Position numbers and translations under genes: made by a program. Positions 45,833-60,650 of a DNA stretch of 64,000 nucleotides are shown one piece after another. The number at the start of each line of letters is the position of its first letter. Within the stretch, counting starts at the first letter, position 1. The stretch is from the NCBI GenBank assembly GCA_951406725.2, contig OX597840.1, forward strand, positions 24,242,001 through 24,306,000, read 5' to 3'. The notes under the pieces are model-generated. The model ran no database searches, was not told where the DNA came from, and saw only the letters and a program-made list of their open reading frames with translations. This DNA comes from Octopus vulgaris (lineage: Eukaryota).

Positions 45833-47641
45833 TATTTTTCTCCTCTCACCACAAGGTCCAAATTTTTTTCTTTTTTTATTTCTTCTTTTTTTATATTCTA
45901 TTCCCCAGTTATTTCTGTTGCTTGAAATGCTTAGGGGTATTTCGTCTGTCTTTTTGTTCTGAGTTCAAATTCCACCGAGGTCGACTTTGCCTTTCATCCT
46001 TTTGGGGTCAATAAAGTACCAGTTTCACACTGGGGTAGATATAATCGACTTAATCCCTTTGTCAGTCCTTGTTTGTCCCCTCTATGTTTAGCCCCCTAGT
46101 GGGCAATAAAGAAATATATATTTCCATCAACTGTAATCATTGTCAATATCTGAGGGGCTGCCAATTCCTTTGCAATCCAGGTTTAATTAGAATACAGGAT
46201 TGGTTTTCTTGCACCCATTCCAGGTGGTAAAGTACAGAAATGCTGCTAATAATCACACACCCAAAGAAAATCTTTTACAATTCTATAATCGATTTATATA
46301 AACAGGGTAATATTTCTTCTGTGTAGCGTCTTAAAGAATATATCATATATATTCATGATGTGTTCGATGTAAAATCTTCTTTTATGCTAAATATCCTCTC
46401 TGATACTCTGAAAAAAAAAAGAAATAATATGAGATATAGAATATACTTGAAAAGTAAAGATTAAATAATGAAAATTTTATTACGTTTTTATACTGATAAA
46501 CTGGAGATATAAACCTTTAGCTGGCCAAATAAACGTTAACACGTCAGTCTGACAAACAAACAAGGAGATTATAAGGTAGTCATGGGATGTGCTACAAATA
46601 ATAGCTAAATAGCTCTTAAATCACGCAGCAATTTAAAAAATTTTGTTTTGGTTTTTCCACAATCCTATGAATTACAAATTCGCAAGAGTTTTCTAAAAAT
46701 TCCCAAAAAGTTTTGAAGCAACGAAGAATTTATAATTTACATCTGCTGTTTGTTTGTTGAGCGAATCGGTCTTCGTCCCAGAGCTCGCAAGATGGAAGAA
46801 GTCGGAAACGTGGTCCTTTGCTATTCGTAAGACCTGCAGAAGAGAAAGCAGGTCAGCCCCCCCCCCCCGACACCGAGAGCATTGACGGATGGATGAATGC
46901 GCACCCAGGCTCGGCGGTTGCGTAGGAAGTCGGGGGACAAGAAACAGGAAGAAAGAGTGAGAGAAAGTTAGGGCGAAAGAGTACAACAGGGGTCGCCACC
47001 ACCCTCTGCTGGAGCATCGTGGAGCTTTAGGTGTTTTCGCTTAATAAACACTGACAATGACCGGTCTGGGAATCGAAACCGCGTTCCTCTGAACGCGAGT
47101 CCGCTGCCCTAACCACTGGGCCATTGCGCCTCCACTTACATCTGCTGTATATGAAATACCAGAGGTTATTCTGTTCAAAAGAGCAAGGACTAATGTTTAC
47201 TTTGCAACGGTTGATGATGATGATGATGATGATATATATATATATATAGTTATTGCCCACAAGGGGATATACAAAGAGGGGACAAACAAGGACAGACATA
47301 GGGATTAAGTCGATTACATCGAACCCAGTGCATAGCTGGTACTTAATTTATCGACCCTGAAAGATGAAAGGCAAAGTCGACCTCAGTGGAATTTGAACTC
47401 ATAACGTAAAGACACATTTCGCCCATCGTGCTAATGTTTCTGCCAGCTCGCCACGTTTATATATATATATTTTATTTTATTTTATTTTATAGAAAGAGCT
47501 TCTACAGTACTAGAACTGTTTCATTCAGATGAAACAGTTCTAGTCCTGTAGAAGCTCCTTCTATAAAATAAATTACTTTACTCTGCTATGTATTGAGTAC
47601 CTTATTTACTGTGGTTAACCCCGACTCAACCCGGGACCTAC

Positions 47642-47684
<43 letters not shown>

Positions 47685-49699
47685 CATTCTCATGCCCGCA
47701 CACACACATATATATATAAATATAGACATATATATGTATATACATATATATGCACATACACACACACAAAAGTTGGCGACTACAAAGGAATTTCACAAGA
47801 ATCATATATATAGTGGAAGCCGCTTATTGTGATCATTTCCGTACAGCATTGGCCAACACCTAACAGATGACGTTAAACAAATATAAAGTCTGAACCAATT
47901 AATTTTGATAACAATAACCGGCTGATAACGTTATCCGCTATTCCGATTGACCGCCACTCCATTCATGCCCAGCCTACATCAATACACAACAAACTACGGC
48001 ATTTCTATAAATCGCAGTATTTGCTATACAACGTCTTCAATCAGATCGTATTCCTCTCCAATATATATACATATATATATAATAACTTACCCCTGATGCT
48101 TAATAAATAAATAAATATTTATTTACTTTCGATTTCGTCTCCAAAGAATTGAAGAAACGTGACAAGCCGGAAGTAAGGTGCGTCATGTGACTTAGACTCT
48201 TTAATATATGAAACCAAAAAGAGTGCTGCTGACACAAAAGCGAAACTAAGAAGGAAGGGGGAACGTAATATTGTTGTTGACTATCACCATGGTTACTGTC
48301 TAAGCGGAAGGCGCATGGCTCGGTGGTTAGCGCATCGGGCTATCAATCGCGAGTTAGTGAGTTCGATTCCCTGGATCTTTTCGCTGTTCCACGTTGCCAG
48401 CGGAATTCTCGGCGACTCACGGGAATTCCGGAGCAGGGGATTCAGTTGGTCTTACACCTGAATCCTCATCGGCGAACGACGGGGATCCACGATGTATAAA
48501 AATGTCTGTTTAGGTATAGATGGAAATGGTGAGGATATTAAGAAGTGGTTAATAGCAAAATGTGGGAAATAAAAAATTGGAATGGTCAGTGAAAAGGAAA
48601 ACGAAACAGTGAAAGAAATTATATAACTTTGTTTAAGTAATTTTTTTTAGTCCTTCCTTTTTTCTGAGTTGTGCGTTAGGTATGAAATTAGATATGAAAT
48701 CATTCGTATCTAATTCCGGTCTCCTAATAATTATCAGTTATAAAGTGGAATTGATCAAGGAATAAAGATTTGTATGAAACTATAGCAGGAAATAAACGGA
48801 ATTTGCAAGACTGAACGGTTAATGGACGAGGGGAAGTAACTCTTCCTTCAACAAAAGCCCTGAATATTTTTATATAGCTTCGGGTTTAAATGACAATTAA
48901 TTAATTCAGCAAATTGTTAGAAAGGATCACAAAAGTACAGCCCCCAAAATTACTGCAGGGCTTAATGCCAGCATCAAGAACCCAGTTTCCACAAAAACTT
49001 TTCGCTGGGATCTGCACAAAGCCAGATTTCAAGGGAGGGCTGCAATCAGAAAACCACTACTTTCAAAAACAAACGTTGCAAAGCGTTTAGAGTGGAGTAA
49101 AAACCTACAGAAATGATCCCAAGAGCAGTGGAAGAATGTTATTTTCTAGGACGAGTCATCCTTTACCTTATTTCCGACCACTGGCCGAATATACGTGTGA
49201 AGAGAGCCAAAAGAAGCATTTGACCCAGACTGCCTTCTTCCAACTGTTAAACATGGAGGAGGATCTGTAATGATCTGGGGAGCTATATCTTGGAAATCTG
49301 CCAGCCCAATGGTTTCCCTTCATGGCAGAATAAATAGTCAAGACTATTTAAGCATTTTATCTGATCAAATTCATCCTATGGTAGGGGAACTGTTTCTGGA
49401 GAGAAACGCAAGCTTTCAGGATGATAATGCACCAATTCACACAGCTAAAGTTGTCACTGAATGGCACGAGGAACATTCATCAACCGTTTCAAAGTAAACA
49501 TTAGTCCTTGCTCTTTTTAACACAATAACTTCTGGTATTTCATATACAGCAGATCTTTCCTTCTCCTATGTTTCCGACAAAGAGCTCCGCTCGAAACGTT
49601 AAACCCTCCTCCTTTCCTGAGCGTCCAATAATACTATATTTGTTCAGCGTCCACGCGTGGTTGTGTATTTTTTGTGCTTTCTTGTTTGGATTAACTATA

Positions 49700-49746
<47 letters not shown>

Positions 49747-50898
49747 CTGATCGTGGCCGCTGGCAGACTCCCCTGGCACCTGTGCTGGTGGCATGTAAAA
49801 AACACCCACTACACTCGCTGAGTGGTTGGCGTTAGGAAGGGCATCCAGCTGTAGAAACACTGCCAGATCAGACTGGGCCTGGTGCAGCCTCCTGGCTTCC
49901 CAGACCCTGGTCGAACCGTCCAACCCATGCTATCATGGAAAACGGATGTTAAATGATGATCATGATGATGATATATATACAAATTAAAATCCAGGAAACA
50001 GAGAAGTAGCATTAATATAGTTTATTCACTGCAAAAATTCAACATGTACACTTACAGCTGTTTCGATTTTGCTCAAAAGAAATTCCAATAATTAAAACCT
50101 TTAATTGGGCAAAATCTCATCAGAAATTGAATTAAAGAAAAGACTATTGTCTATAAAGTATACAATGTAGAGAAAAAAGAAGAGCTAACAATTCCAGTCT
50201 GTTATATATTTTGAGTATTGTTATCACTAGCGATATCAAGATATAACTTTGTATTTTATGTGTAGATGTATATAGATAGATGTACATGTAATATGTACAC
50301 ATATATACATGCACTAGCACTATGACCCGGCAACGACGGGTCTTTAATGCTAGTTGGTAAATAAATGGTAGATAGTGAGTTATATTTCTCACTATAATTA
50401 TTTTATAATGTATCGATTTAATTATTTTCTAATTTATCTATATCAGTTCAATCAATTTCTTTAACAAAGTTATAAATGTGATCACGTTGTTCTCTCATTC
50501 ATATGATACTATTTTTACTATAACTCACTAATCTAACATTTATTTAATGCGGTTTCGATTCCCAGACCGGGCGTTGTGTGTGTTTATTGAGCGAATTTGG
50601 TAGACGGAAACTGAAAGATGCCTGTCGTATATGTGTATATATATATATATATGTATGTGTGGGTTTGTGTGTCTGTGTTTGTCCCCCTAGCTTTGCTTGT
50701 CAATCGATGCTGGTGTGTTTACGTCCCCGTCACTTAGTGGTTCAGCAAAATAGACCGATAGAATAAGTACTGGGCTTACAAAGAACAAGTCCTGGGGTTG
50801 ATTTGCTCGACTAAAGGCGGTGCTCCAGCATGGCCGCAGTCAAATGACTGAAACAAGTAAAAGAGAGAGAGAGAGAGAGTAATAGAATTATCACAGTG

Positions 50899-51388
50899 TT
50901 ATGGTTTCTTTCCTGCGTGGATATGTTTGTGAGTAGTTAAGTTACCTTTTTGAGAGAAAGACTTTTCACATACATCACAGTGATAAGGCTTCTCTCCTGT
51001 GTGAATGTGTTTGTGAGAAATTAAGGTATGGTTCTGAGAGAAGGATTTACCACAGATATCACAATGATATGGTTTCTCTCCCGTGTGAATACGTTTGTGT
51101 TTGATTAAGACATCGCTCTGTGAAAAAGACTTTCCACAGATATCGCAGTGATATGGCCTCCCTCCTGTATGAATAAGTTTGTGTTTAGCTAAGTGATGAT
51201 TTAAAGAGAATGATTTACCACAGATATCACAGTGATACGGCTTCTCTTTACTATGAATGTGTTTATGAGGATTTAAGTCACCAGCGAATGACTTTCCACA
51301 GATATCACAGTAGTATAGTTCCTCTCCAGTATGGAAGGGTTTGTGTTTAGTTAAATGTTGATTTTGTGAGAATGATTTACCAGAAATA
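50899..51388 (-). pseudogene. Six out-of-frame fingers downstream of the gene 6 stop
   Basis: Same 2-bp deletion and 490-bp tail as genes 1 and 4. Confidence 0.85.
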
Positions 51389-53932
51389 TCAGTGATATGG
51401 TTTTTCTCCTGTATGAATACATTTATGGTTAGTTAAGGCATCGCTCTGTGAAAACGATTTACCACAGATATCACAATGATATGGCGTCTCTCCTGTGTGA
51501 ATGTATTTGTGTTTAGTTAAGTGGTGATTCTGAGAGAATGATTTACCACAGATATCACACTGATAAGGTTTCTCTCCTGTATGAATACGTTTCTGTTTAC
51601 TCACATCGTAACTTTGAGAAAAAGATTTACTGCAAATGTTACAGGGATAGGGTTTCTCACCTGTATGAATGCGCTTATGAGTAATTAAATGATGATTCAG
51701 AGAGAAGGATTTACCACAGATATCACAGTGATAAGGTTTCTCTCCTGTGTGAATGTATTTGTGAGTAGTTAAGTGCTGATTATGAGAGAATGATTGGCCA
51801 CAGATATCACACTGATAAGGTTTCTCTCCTGTGTGAATGTATTTGTGTTTAGTTAGGTTTTGATTCTGAGAGAATGATTTACCACAGATATCACAGTGAT
51901 AAGGTTTCTCTCCTGTGTGAATGTATTTGTGTTTAGTTAGGTTTTGATTCTGAGAGAATGATTTACCACAGATATCACAGTGATAAGGTTTCTCTCCTGT
52001 GTGAATGTATTTGTGAGTGGTTAAGTTGTGATTTCGAGAGAATGATTTACCACAGATATCACAGTGATAAGGTTTCTCTCCTGTGTGAATGTATTTGTGA
52101 GCAGTTAAGCGCTGATTATGAGAGAATGATTCTCCACAGATATCACACTGATAAGGTTTCTCTCCTGTGTGAATGTATTTGTGAGTAGTTAAGCTGTGAT
52201 TTTGAGAGAATGATTTACCACAGATATCACAATGATATGGTTTCTCTCCTGTATGAATGTATTTGTGAGTAGTTAAGTGGTATATCTGAGAGAATGATTT
52301 ACCACAGATATCACAATGATATGGTTTCTCTCCAGTATGAATACGTTTGTGTTTAATTAACTGACAACTTTTAGAGAATGATTTACCACAGATATCACAA
52401 TGATATGGTTTCTCTCCTGTATGAATGTATTTGTGAGTAGTTAAGTGGTGATTATGAGAGAATGATTTACCACAGATATCACACTGATAAGGTTTCTCTC
52501 CTGTGTGAATGTATTTGTGAGTAGTTAAGTGCTGATTATGAGGGAATGATTCTCCACAGATATCACACTGATAAGGTTTCTCTCCTGTGTGAATGTATTT
52601 GTGAGTAATTAAGTTGTGATTTCGAGTGAATGATTTACCACAGATATCACAGTGATAAGGTTTCTCTCCCGTGTGAATGTATTTGTGTTTAGTTAAGTGG
52701 TCATTTCTAGAGAATGATTTACCACAGATATCACAGTGATATGGTTTCTCTCCTGTATGAATACGTTTGTGAGTGGTTAGGTCGCTATTTCTAGAGAATG
52801 ATTTACCACAGATATCACACTGATATGGTTTCTCTCCTGTATGAATACGTTTGTGAGTGGTTATGTCGCTATTTCCAGAGAATGATTTACCACAGATATC
52901 ACATTGATAAGATTTCTCTCCTGTGTGAATGTATTTGTGAGTAGTTAAGTGGTGATTATGAGAGAATGATTTACCACAGATATCACAATGATATGGTTTC
53001 TCTCCTGTATGAATACGTTTGTGAGTGGTTAGGTCACTATTTCTAGAGAATGATTTACCACAGATATCACACTGATAAGGTTTCTCTCCTGTATGAATGT
53101 ATTTGTGAGTAGTCAAGTGGTGATTTCGAGAGAATGATTTACCACAGATACCACACAGATATGGCTTCTCTCCTGTATGAATACGTTTGTGTTTAATTAA
53201 CTGACTACTTTTAGAGAATGATTTACCACAGATATCACACTGATATTGTTTCTCTCCTGTATGAATACGTTTGTGAGTGGTTAGGTCGCTATTTCCAGAG
53301 AATGATTTACCACAGATATCACACTGATAAGGTTTCTCTCCTGTATGAATGTATTTGTGAGTAGTTAAGTGGTGATTTCGAGAGAATGATTTACCACAGA
53401 TATCACACTGATATGGTTTCTCTCCTGTATGAATATGTTTGTGTTTAATTAACTGACTACTTTTAGAGAATGATTTACCACAGATATCACACTGATATGG
53501 TTTCTCTCCTGTATGAATACGTTTGTGAGTGGTTAGGTCGCTATTTCCAGAGAATGATTTACCACAGATATCGCAATGATGTGACTTAACCACAATGTGG
53601 ATGCATTTGTGAATAGCTAAGCTATGATTCTGAGAGAATGATTTACCACAGGTATTACAGCGATACAACTCGACACCTGCGTGAATGTGTTTATGTGTGG
53701 TCAAACGAACCTTTTCAGAGAATGATTTACCACAAATGTCACAGTGATAGAGATCCTCTCCTGCATGGAAACATTTGTGAATCGTCTGTTCATCTTTGAG
53801 AAAGAAGGACTTGTTGCAGACATCACAGTGAAATGATGTTTTCTCTTCTTCTTCTGTTTCATCTTCAGTAAAATCAATCCTTAACGACTGTGTATTACAA
53901 TTAACCTCATTATCACCTAATTCATTTTCCAT
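51389..53932 (-). CDS. C2H2 zinc-finger protein, gene 6 (847 aa, 29 finger units)
   Basis: Open ORF from the leader to PYH*; predicted promoter and splice sites are present. Confidence 0.9.
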   Translation of the reverse strand: MENELGDNEVNCNTQSLRIDFTEDETEEEEKTSFHCDVCNKSFFLKDEQTIHKCFHAGEDLYHCDICGKSFSEKVRLTTHKHIHAGVELYRCNTCGKSFSQNHSLAIHKCIHIVVKSHHCDICGKSFSGNSDLTTHKRIHTGEKPYQCDICGKSFSKSSQLIKHKHIHTGEKPYQCDICGKSFSRNHHLTTHKYIHTGEKPYQCDICGKSFSGNSDLTTHKRIHTGEKQYQCDICGKSFSKSSQLIKHKRIHTGEKPYLCGICGKSFSRNHHLTTHKYIHTGEKPYQCDICGKSFSRNSDLTTHKRIHTGEKPYHCDICGKSFSHNHHLTTHKYIHTGEKSYQCDICGKSFSGNSDITTHKRIHTGEKPYQCDICGKSFSRNSDLTTHKRIHTGEKPYHCDICGKSFSRNDHLTKHKYIHTGEKPYHCDICGKSFTRNHNLITHKYIHTGEKPYQCDICGESFPHNQHLTTHKYIHTGEKPYQCDICGKSFSHNHHLTTHKYIHTGEKPYHCDICGKSFSKSCQLIKHKRIHTGEKPYHCDICGKSFSQIYHLTTHKYIHTGEKPYHCDICGKSFSQNHSLTTHKYIHTGEKPYQCDICGESFSHNQRLTAHKYIHTGEKPYHCDICGKSFSRNHNLTTHKYIHTGEKPYHCDICGKSFSQNQNLTKHKYIHTGEKPYHCDICGKSFSQNQNLTKHKYIHTGEKPYQCDICGQSFSHNQHLTTHKYIHTGEKPYHCDICGKSFSLNHHLITHKRIHTGEKPYPCNICSKSFSQSYDVSKQKRIHTGEKPYQCDICGKSFSQNHHLTKHKYIHTGETPYHCDICGKSFSQSDALTNHKCIHTGEKPYH

Positions 53933-55753
53933 TATTTTTCTCCTCTCACCACAAAGTCCAAATGTTTTTCTTTTTTTTTCTTCTTTTTTTTTATATTCTA
54001 TTCCCCAGTTATTTCTGTTGCTTGAAATGCTTAGCGGTATTTCGTCTGTCTTTTTGTTCTGAGTTCAAATTCCACTGAGATCGACTTTGCCTTTCATCCT
54101 CTCTGGGTCAATAAATAAAGTACCAGTTTCACACTAGGGTAGATATAATCGACTTAATCCCTTTGTCTGTCCTTATTTGTCCCCTCTATGTTTAGTCCCT
54201 TGTGGGTAGTAAAGAAATAGAAATAGGTATTTCGTCTGTCGTTACGTTCTGAGTTCAAATTCCGCTGAGGTCAACTTTGTCTTTCATCCTTTCGGGGTCA
54301 ATAAATAAAGTACCAGTTTCACTGTGGGGTAGATATAATCAACTTAATCCCTTTGTCTGTCCTTGTTTGTCCCCTCTATGTTTAGCCCCCTAGTGGGCAA
54401 TAAAGAAATATATATTTCCATCAACTGTAATCATTGTCAATGTCTGAGGGGGCTGCCAATTCCTTTGCAATCCAGGTTTAATTAGAATACAGGATTGGTT
54501 TTCTTGCACCCATTCCAGGCAGTGAAGTACAGAAATACTGCTAATAATCACACACCCAAAGAAAATCTTTTACAATTCTATAATCGATTTATATAAACAG
54601 GGTAATATTCCTTCTGTGTAGCATCTTAGTTTCATCTTAAAGAATATATCATATATATTCATGATGTGTTCGATGTAAAATCTTCTTTTATACTAAATAT
54701 CCTCTCTGATACTCTGAAATAAAAAAGAAATAATATAAGATATAGAAAATACTTGAAAAGTAAAGATTAAATAATGAAAATTTTATTACGTTTTTATACT
54801 GATAAACTGGAGATATAAACCTTTAGCTGGCCAAATAAACGTTAACACGTCAGTCTGACAATCAAACAAGGAGATTATAAGGTAGTCATGGGATGTGCTA
54901 AAACTAATAGCTAAATAGCTCTTAAATCACACAGCAATTTAAAAAATTTTGTTTTGGTTTTTGCACAATCCTATGAATTACAAATTTGCAAGAGTTTTCT
55001 AAAAATTCCCAAAAAGTTTTGAACCAACGAAGAATGTATAATTTACATCTGCTGTTTGTTTGTTGAGCGAAGCGGTCTTCGTCCCAGAGCTCGCAAGATG
55101 GAAGAAGTCGGAAACGTGGTCCTTTGCTATTCGTAAGACCTGCAGATGAGAAAGCAGGTCATCCCCCGACACCGAAAGCATCGACGGATGGATGAATGCG
55201 CATCCAGGCTCGGCGGTTGCGTAGGAAGTCGGGGGACAAGAAACAGGAAGAAAGAGTGAGAGAAAGTTGGGGCGAAAGAGTACAACAGGGGTTGCCACCA
55301 CCCTCTGCTGGAGCATCGTGGAGCTTCAGGTGTTTTCGCTCAATAAACACTCACAACGCCCTATCCGGGAATCGAACCCGCGAGTCCGCTGCCCTAACCA
55401 CTGGGCCATTGCGCCTCCACTTACATCTGTTATATATGAAATACCAGAAGTTATAGTGTTAAAAAAAGCAAGGACTAATGTTTACTTGGAAACGGTTGAT
55501 GATGATGATGATGATGATGATATATATATATATATATTTATTGCCCACAAGGGGATATACAAAGAGGGGACAAAGAAGGACAGACATAGGGATTAAGTCG
55601 ATTACATCGACCCCAGTGCATAACTGGAACTTAATGTATCGACCCTGAAAGATGAAAGGCAAAGTCGACCTCAGTGGAATTTGAACTCATAACGTAAAGA
55701 CACATGCATTTCGCCCGTCATGCTAATGTTGCTGCCAGCTCGCCACCTTTATA

Positions 55754-55793
<40 letters not shown>

Positions 55794-56455
55794 TAAAACA
55801 GTAAGATAACAAAAGAAAGAAAGAAAGAGACCTCAATATTATGTAAATAGAGGAAATTTATCTATAAAATAATATGTTACATTTACTCAATAGTCAAGAT
55901 AAAACTCTGAGTTTCAGATGCCGAAGTGGAAATCCACAACACCATCTCTTCGGTTATCTGGCCATCTGAAAAAACGCTATGAAAAAATACCGTTATATAA
56001 AGGGAAATTACTGTATTATAATTCTGCGCGCGAAAACCCACGTGCGTACTTATACGTCACTATGGAAACATACACATCTTCACTCGCATTTTTCGCCAAA
56101 TATATACGCATATATATACAACCTCATACACACACACACACATGCGTACCGTAAAAGTTCATACATACGTCTATATACGCACAAACACAAGAAAAACCAT
56201 ATTTAAAGGTAACAGAAAAAAAAACATAAGGAAGTATACAAAGCATAAAAACCACGTTCATATACGGACATGCCCCTATGCACTCATACACACACACACG
56301 CCCATATATGTACATACCCGCACATATTTATATACGCATACATACACACGCATATACAAAAAATGAATATATATATGTCCCCCCCCCACAAAATAATGGA
56401 AAAATACTAAGTAAAAACGTCTATATATATATGTGCATTCTCATGCCCGCACACA

Positions 56456-56900
56456 TCTCTTATTATAAAAGGCAGATTTTATCTGCCTCCCTTTGTAACT
56501 TATAGAAATCTACAATATAGGATTTCTTCAATTACAATTTACCTAGCATTTTTAAGAGTAGAATTCATCGGGTCATGCCAGGTCCAGTTTTAAAATTTAA
56601 ACTCCAATTAAGCAAAATTTACAGAAAACTCACATTCTGGTGTGTATGTCAAATGCTTTTCTTAATGTGGTTTACATTAGAACATAAAATTCAAATCGGA
56701 CCATGTTAACACCAAAAATTATTTACATCAAAAAGATGCTTTTTTCTATGAAAATCCCTATTTTTTACGATTTTTTCACTGCTGTGTCGCCACTTTTCGG
56801 TGTATTTCGACCAGAAAAATGTTCACAAAATCTTTACTTTTCAAAATTACAATTCCAGCGGGTCGAAACATACCCGAGCAACGCCGGGCGATACTGCTAG
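56456..56900 (+). mobile_element. Non-autonomous Helitron insertion
   Basis: A|TC start and CCCGAGCAACGCCGGGCGATACTGCTAG|T end; absent from paralogous introns (e.g. ~690-705). Confidence 0.88.
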
Positions 56901-58186
56901 TATATACATATATAGACATATATATGTATATACATATATATGCACATACACACACAAAAAAGTTGGCGATTACAAAGGAATTTCACAAGAATCATATATA
57001 TAGTGGAAGCCGCTTATTGTGATCATTTCCGTACAGCATTGGCCAACACCTAACAGATGACGTTAAACAAATATAAAGTCTGAACCAATTAATTTTGATA
57101 ACAATAACCGGCTGATAACGTTATCCGCTATTCCGATTGACCGCCACTCCATTCCTGCCCAGCCTACATCAATACACAACAAACTACGGCATTTCTATAA
57201 ATCGCAGTATTTGCTATACAACGTCTTCAATCAGATCGTATTCCTCTCCAATATATATACATATATATATAATAACTTACCCCTGATGCTTAATAAATAA
57301 ATAAATATTTATTTACTTTCGATTTCGTCTCCAAAGAATTGAGGAAACGTGACAAGCCGGAAGTAAGGTGCGTCATGTGACTGAGACTCTTTAATATATG
57401 AAACCACAAAGAGTGCTGTCGACACAAAACCGAAACTAAGAAGGAAGGGGGAACGTAATATTGTTGTTGACTATCACCATGGTTACTGTCTAAGCGGAAG
57501 GCGCATGGCTCGGTGGTTAGCGCATCGGGCTATCAATCGCGAGTTAGTGAGTTCGATTCCCTGGATCTTTTCGTTTTGACTGGCAGATTTTTTTTAATAA
57601 TTTCTTTGTAACTAAACACTTTTAAACTTAAGTACCAGTTACGCACTGGGGTCGATGTAATCAACTTAATCCCTTTGTCTGTCCTTGTCTGTTCCCTCCT
57701 ATCTTTTCGGTTTGAGCAGCAGTTTTTAACATAATTTCTAGGTAACTAAACACTTTTAAACTTCGTATACTGGTAGAATTTGTTACATAAATCATCTTTT
57801 TCTCTTGGCTTTCTTGAGAAAATTCTGTAGTTTGTAAGCTACAATTATTCACCTCAATAGACGTCATTGATTGGTTGAAATTGCTGAAATGCAAGAAATT
57901 AAACAACAAATAGCTTACAAGCTACAGAATTTTCTCAAGAAATCCAAGAGAAAAAGATGTTTTATAAACACATTCTACCAGTATACGAAGTTTAAAGAAT
58001 AAGTCCTGGGGTCGATTTGATCGACTAAAGGCGGTGCTCCAGCATGGCCACAGTCACATGACTGAAACAAGTAACAGGGTAAAGAGAGATAGCTAGATAA
58101 ACAGGTAGATAGATAGGTCGGTAGATAGATAGGTATGTAGGTAGGCAGATAGATAAATAGACAGACAGATAGATAGATAGACTCAA

Positions 58187-58292
<106 letters not shown>

Positions 58293-58299
58293 GATAGAT

Positions 58300-58334
<35 letters not shown>

Positions 58335-60650
58335 TAGATAGAAGCAGTTCTTCCTTCGAAAAGGACGATTCTTTTCTTCAGCTTTAAAGCTTCCAACATG
58401 AATGTTGGTGGTGGTGGCCATGTTTATAGCAGTAAGGGTTGTCTTTACTTCTTTGTATCATCTAAGGCCAGACTGGAAGGTTTCTGTGTGCGTTCAAGCG
58501 GAACAACTTCCTTTTCAGACAGATAGTGGAAGCACTCCGTCGGTTACGACGACGAAGGTTCCGGTTGATCCGAATCAACGGAACAGCCTGCTCGTGAAAT
58601 TAACGTGTAAGTGGCTGAGCACTCCACAGACACGTGTACCCTTAACGTAGTTCTCGGGGATATTCAGCGTGACACAGAGAGTGACAAGGCCGGTCCTTTG
58701 AAATACAGGTACAACAGAAACAGGAAGTAAGAGTGAGAGAAAGTTGTGGTGAAAGAGTACAGCAGGGATCACCACCATCCCCTGCCGGAGCCTCGCGGAG
58801 CTTTTAGGTGTTTTCGCTCAATAAACACTCACAGCGCCCGGTCTGGGAATCGAAACCGCGATACTATGACCGCGAGTCCCCTAACCACTAAATAAAATAC
58901 AAAAATACAAAGTAAATAATTTTAAAACAAAGTAAATAACACACAAAAACACAAAGTAAGGATCGACTAGTCATGACTAGCTAGCGCGGATGCACGTGTA
59001 CGCGAGTGCGCGCACCAGGACCACTCTGCTCAAGTAGTACCGATAGATAGACAGACACAGATATGCTATAGAAATAAACTTTGACGTACGCACCTTGAAG
59101 TTTTCCAGTGTTAAAACTTTCTTTGGAAGTTGCACGTCATCTTCAGCAGGTGCTTCGTGTGTGTGTGTGTAGGCAGAGTACGGCCGAATGGTCAAGAAGA
59201 TCCCTTAACAACCACGAGGTCCCTCGTTCTGTCCTACTGCGTGACACTTTCGGACAAATAACACTTTCTGCAGTGTCCAGTTGACCTGAATGAAATCGGA
59301 CAGGGGGAAAGTGCTGAACCCAGGAATTCCAAAGAGGTCAGCTTCGGGTCGCAGAGGTTCTTGTATGATTCCAGCGGAATCCTCGAAGACAAACGGGAAT
59401 TCCGGAGCAGGGGATTCAGTTGGTCTTACACCTGAATCCTCATCGGCGAACGACGGGGATCCACGATGTATAAAAATGTCTGTATAGGTATAGATGGAAA
59501 TGGTGAGGATATTAAGAAATGGTTAATAGCAAAATGTGGGAAAGAAAAAAACTGGAATGGGCAGTGAAAAGGAAAACGAAACAGTGAAAGAAATTATATA
59601 ACTTTGTTTAGGTAATTTTTTTTTAGTCCTTCTATTTTTCTGAGTTGAGCGTTAGTTATGAAATCATTCGTATCTAATTCCGGTCTCCTAATAATTATCA
59701 GTTATAAAGTGGAATTGATCAAGGAATAAAGATTTGTATGAAACTATAGCAGGAAATAAACGGAATTTGCAAGACTGAACGGTTAATGGACGAGGGGAAG
59801 TAACTCTTCTTTCAACAAAAGTCCTCAATATTTTTATATAGCTTCGGGTTTAAATGACAATTAATTCAACAAATTGTTAGAAAGGATCACAAAAGTACAG
59901 TCCCCAAAATTACTGCAGGGCTTGATCACCGCCTGAAGAACCCAGTTTCCAGAAAAACTTTTCGCTGGGAGCTGCACAAAGCCAGATTTCAAGGGAGTGC
60001 TGCAATCAGAAAACCATTACTTTCAAAAACAAACGTTGCAAAGGGTTTAGAGTGGAGTAAAAACCTACAGAAATGGTCCCTAGAGCAGTGGAAAAATGTT
60101 ATTTTCTAGGACGAGTCATCCTTTACCTTATTTCCGACCACCGGCCGAATATACGTGTGGAGAGAGCCAAAAGAAGCATTTGACCCAGACTGCCTTCTCC
60201 CGAGTGTTAAACATCTGTAATGATCTGGGGAGCTATATCTTGGATATCTGCCAGCCCAATGGTTCCCCTTCATGGCAGAATTAATAGTCAAAACTATTTA
60301 AGCATTTTATCTGATCAAATTCATCCTATGGTTGTGGATCTGCTTCTGGAGGGAAACACAAGCTTTCAGGATGATAATGCACCAATTCACACAGCTAAAG
60401 TTGTCATTGAATGGCACGAGGAACATTCATCCGCAGTTTCAAAGTAAACATTAGTCCTTGCTCTTTTTAACACAATAACTTCTGGTATTTCATATACAGC
60501 AGATCTTTCCTTCTATGTTTCTGACGAAGAGCTCCGCTCGAAACGTTAAACCCTCCTTCTTTCCTGAGCGTCCAATAATTCTATATTTGTTCCACGTCCT
60601 CGCGTTGTTGTGTTTTTTTTGAGCTTTCTTGTTTGGATTAACTATATATA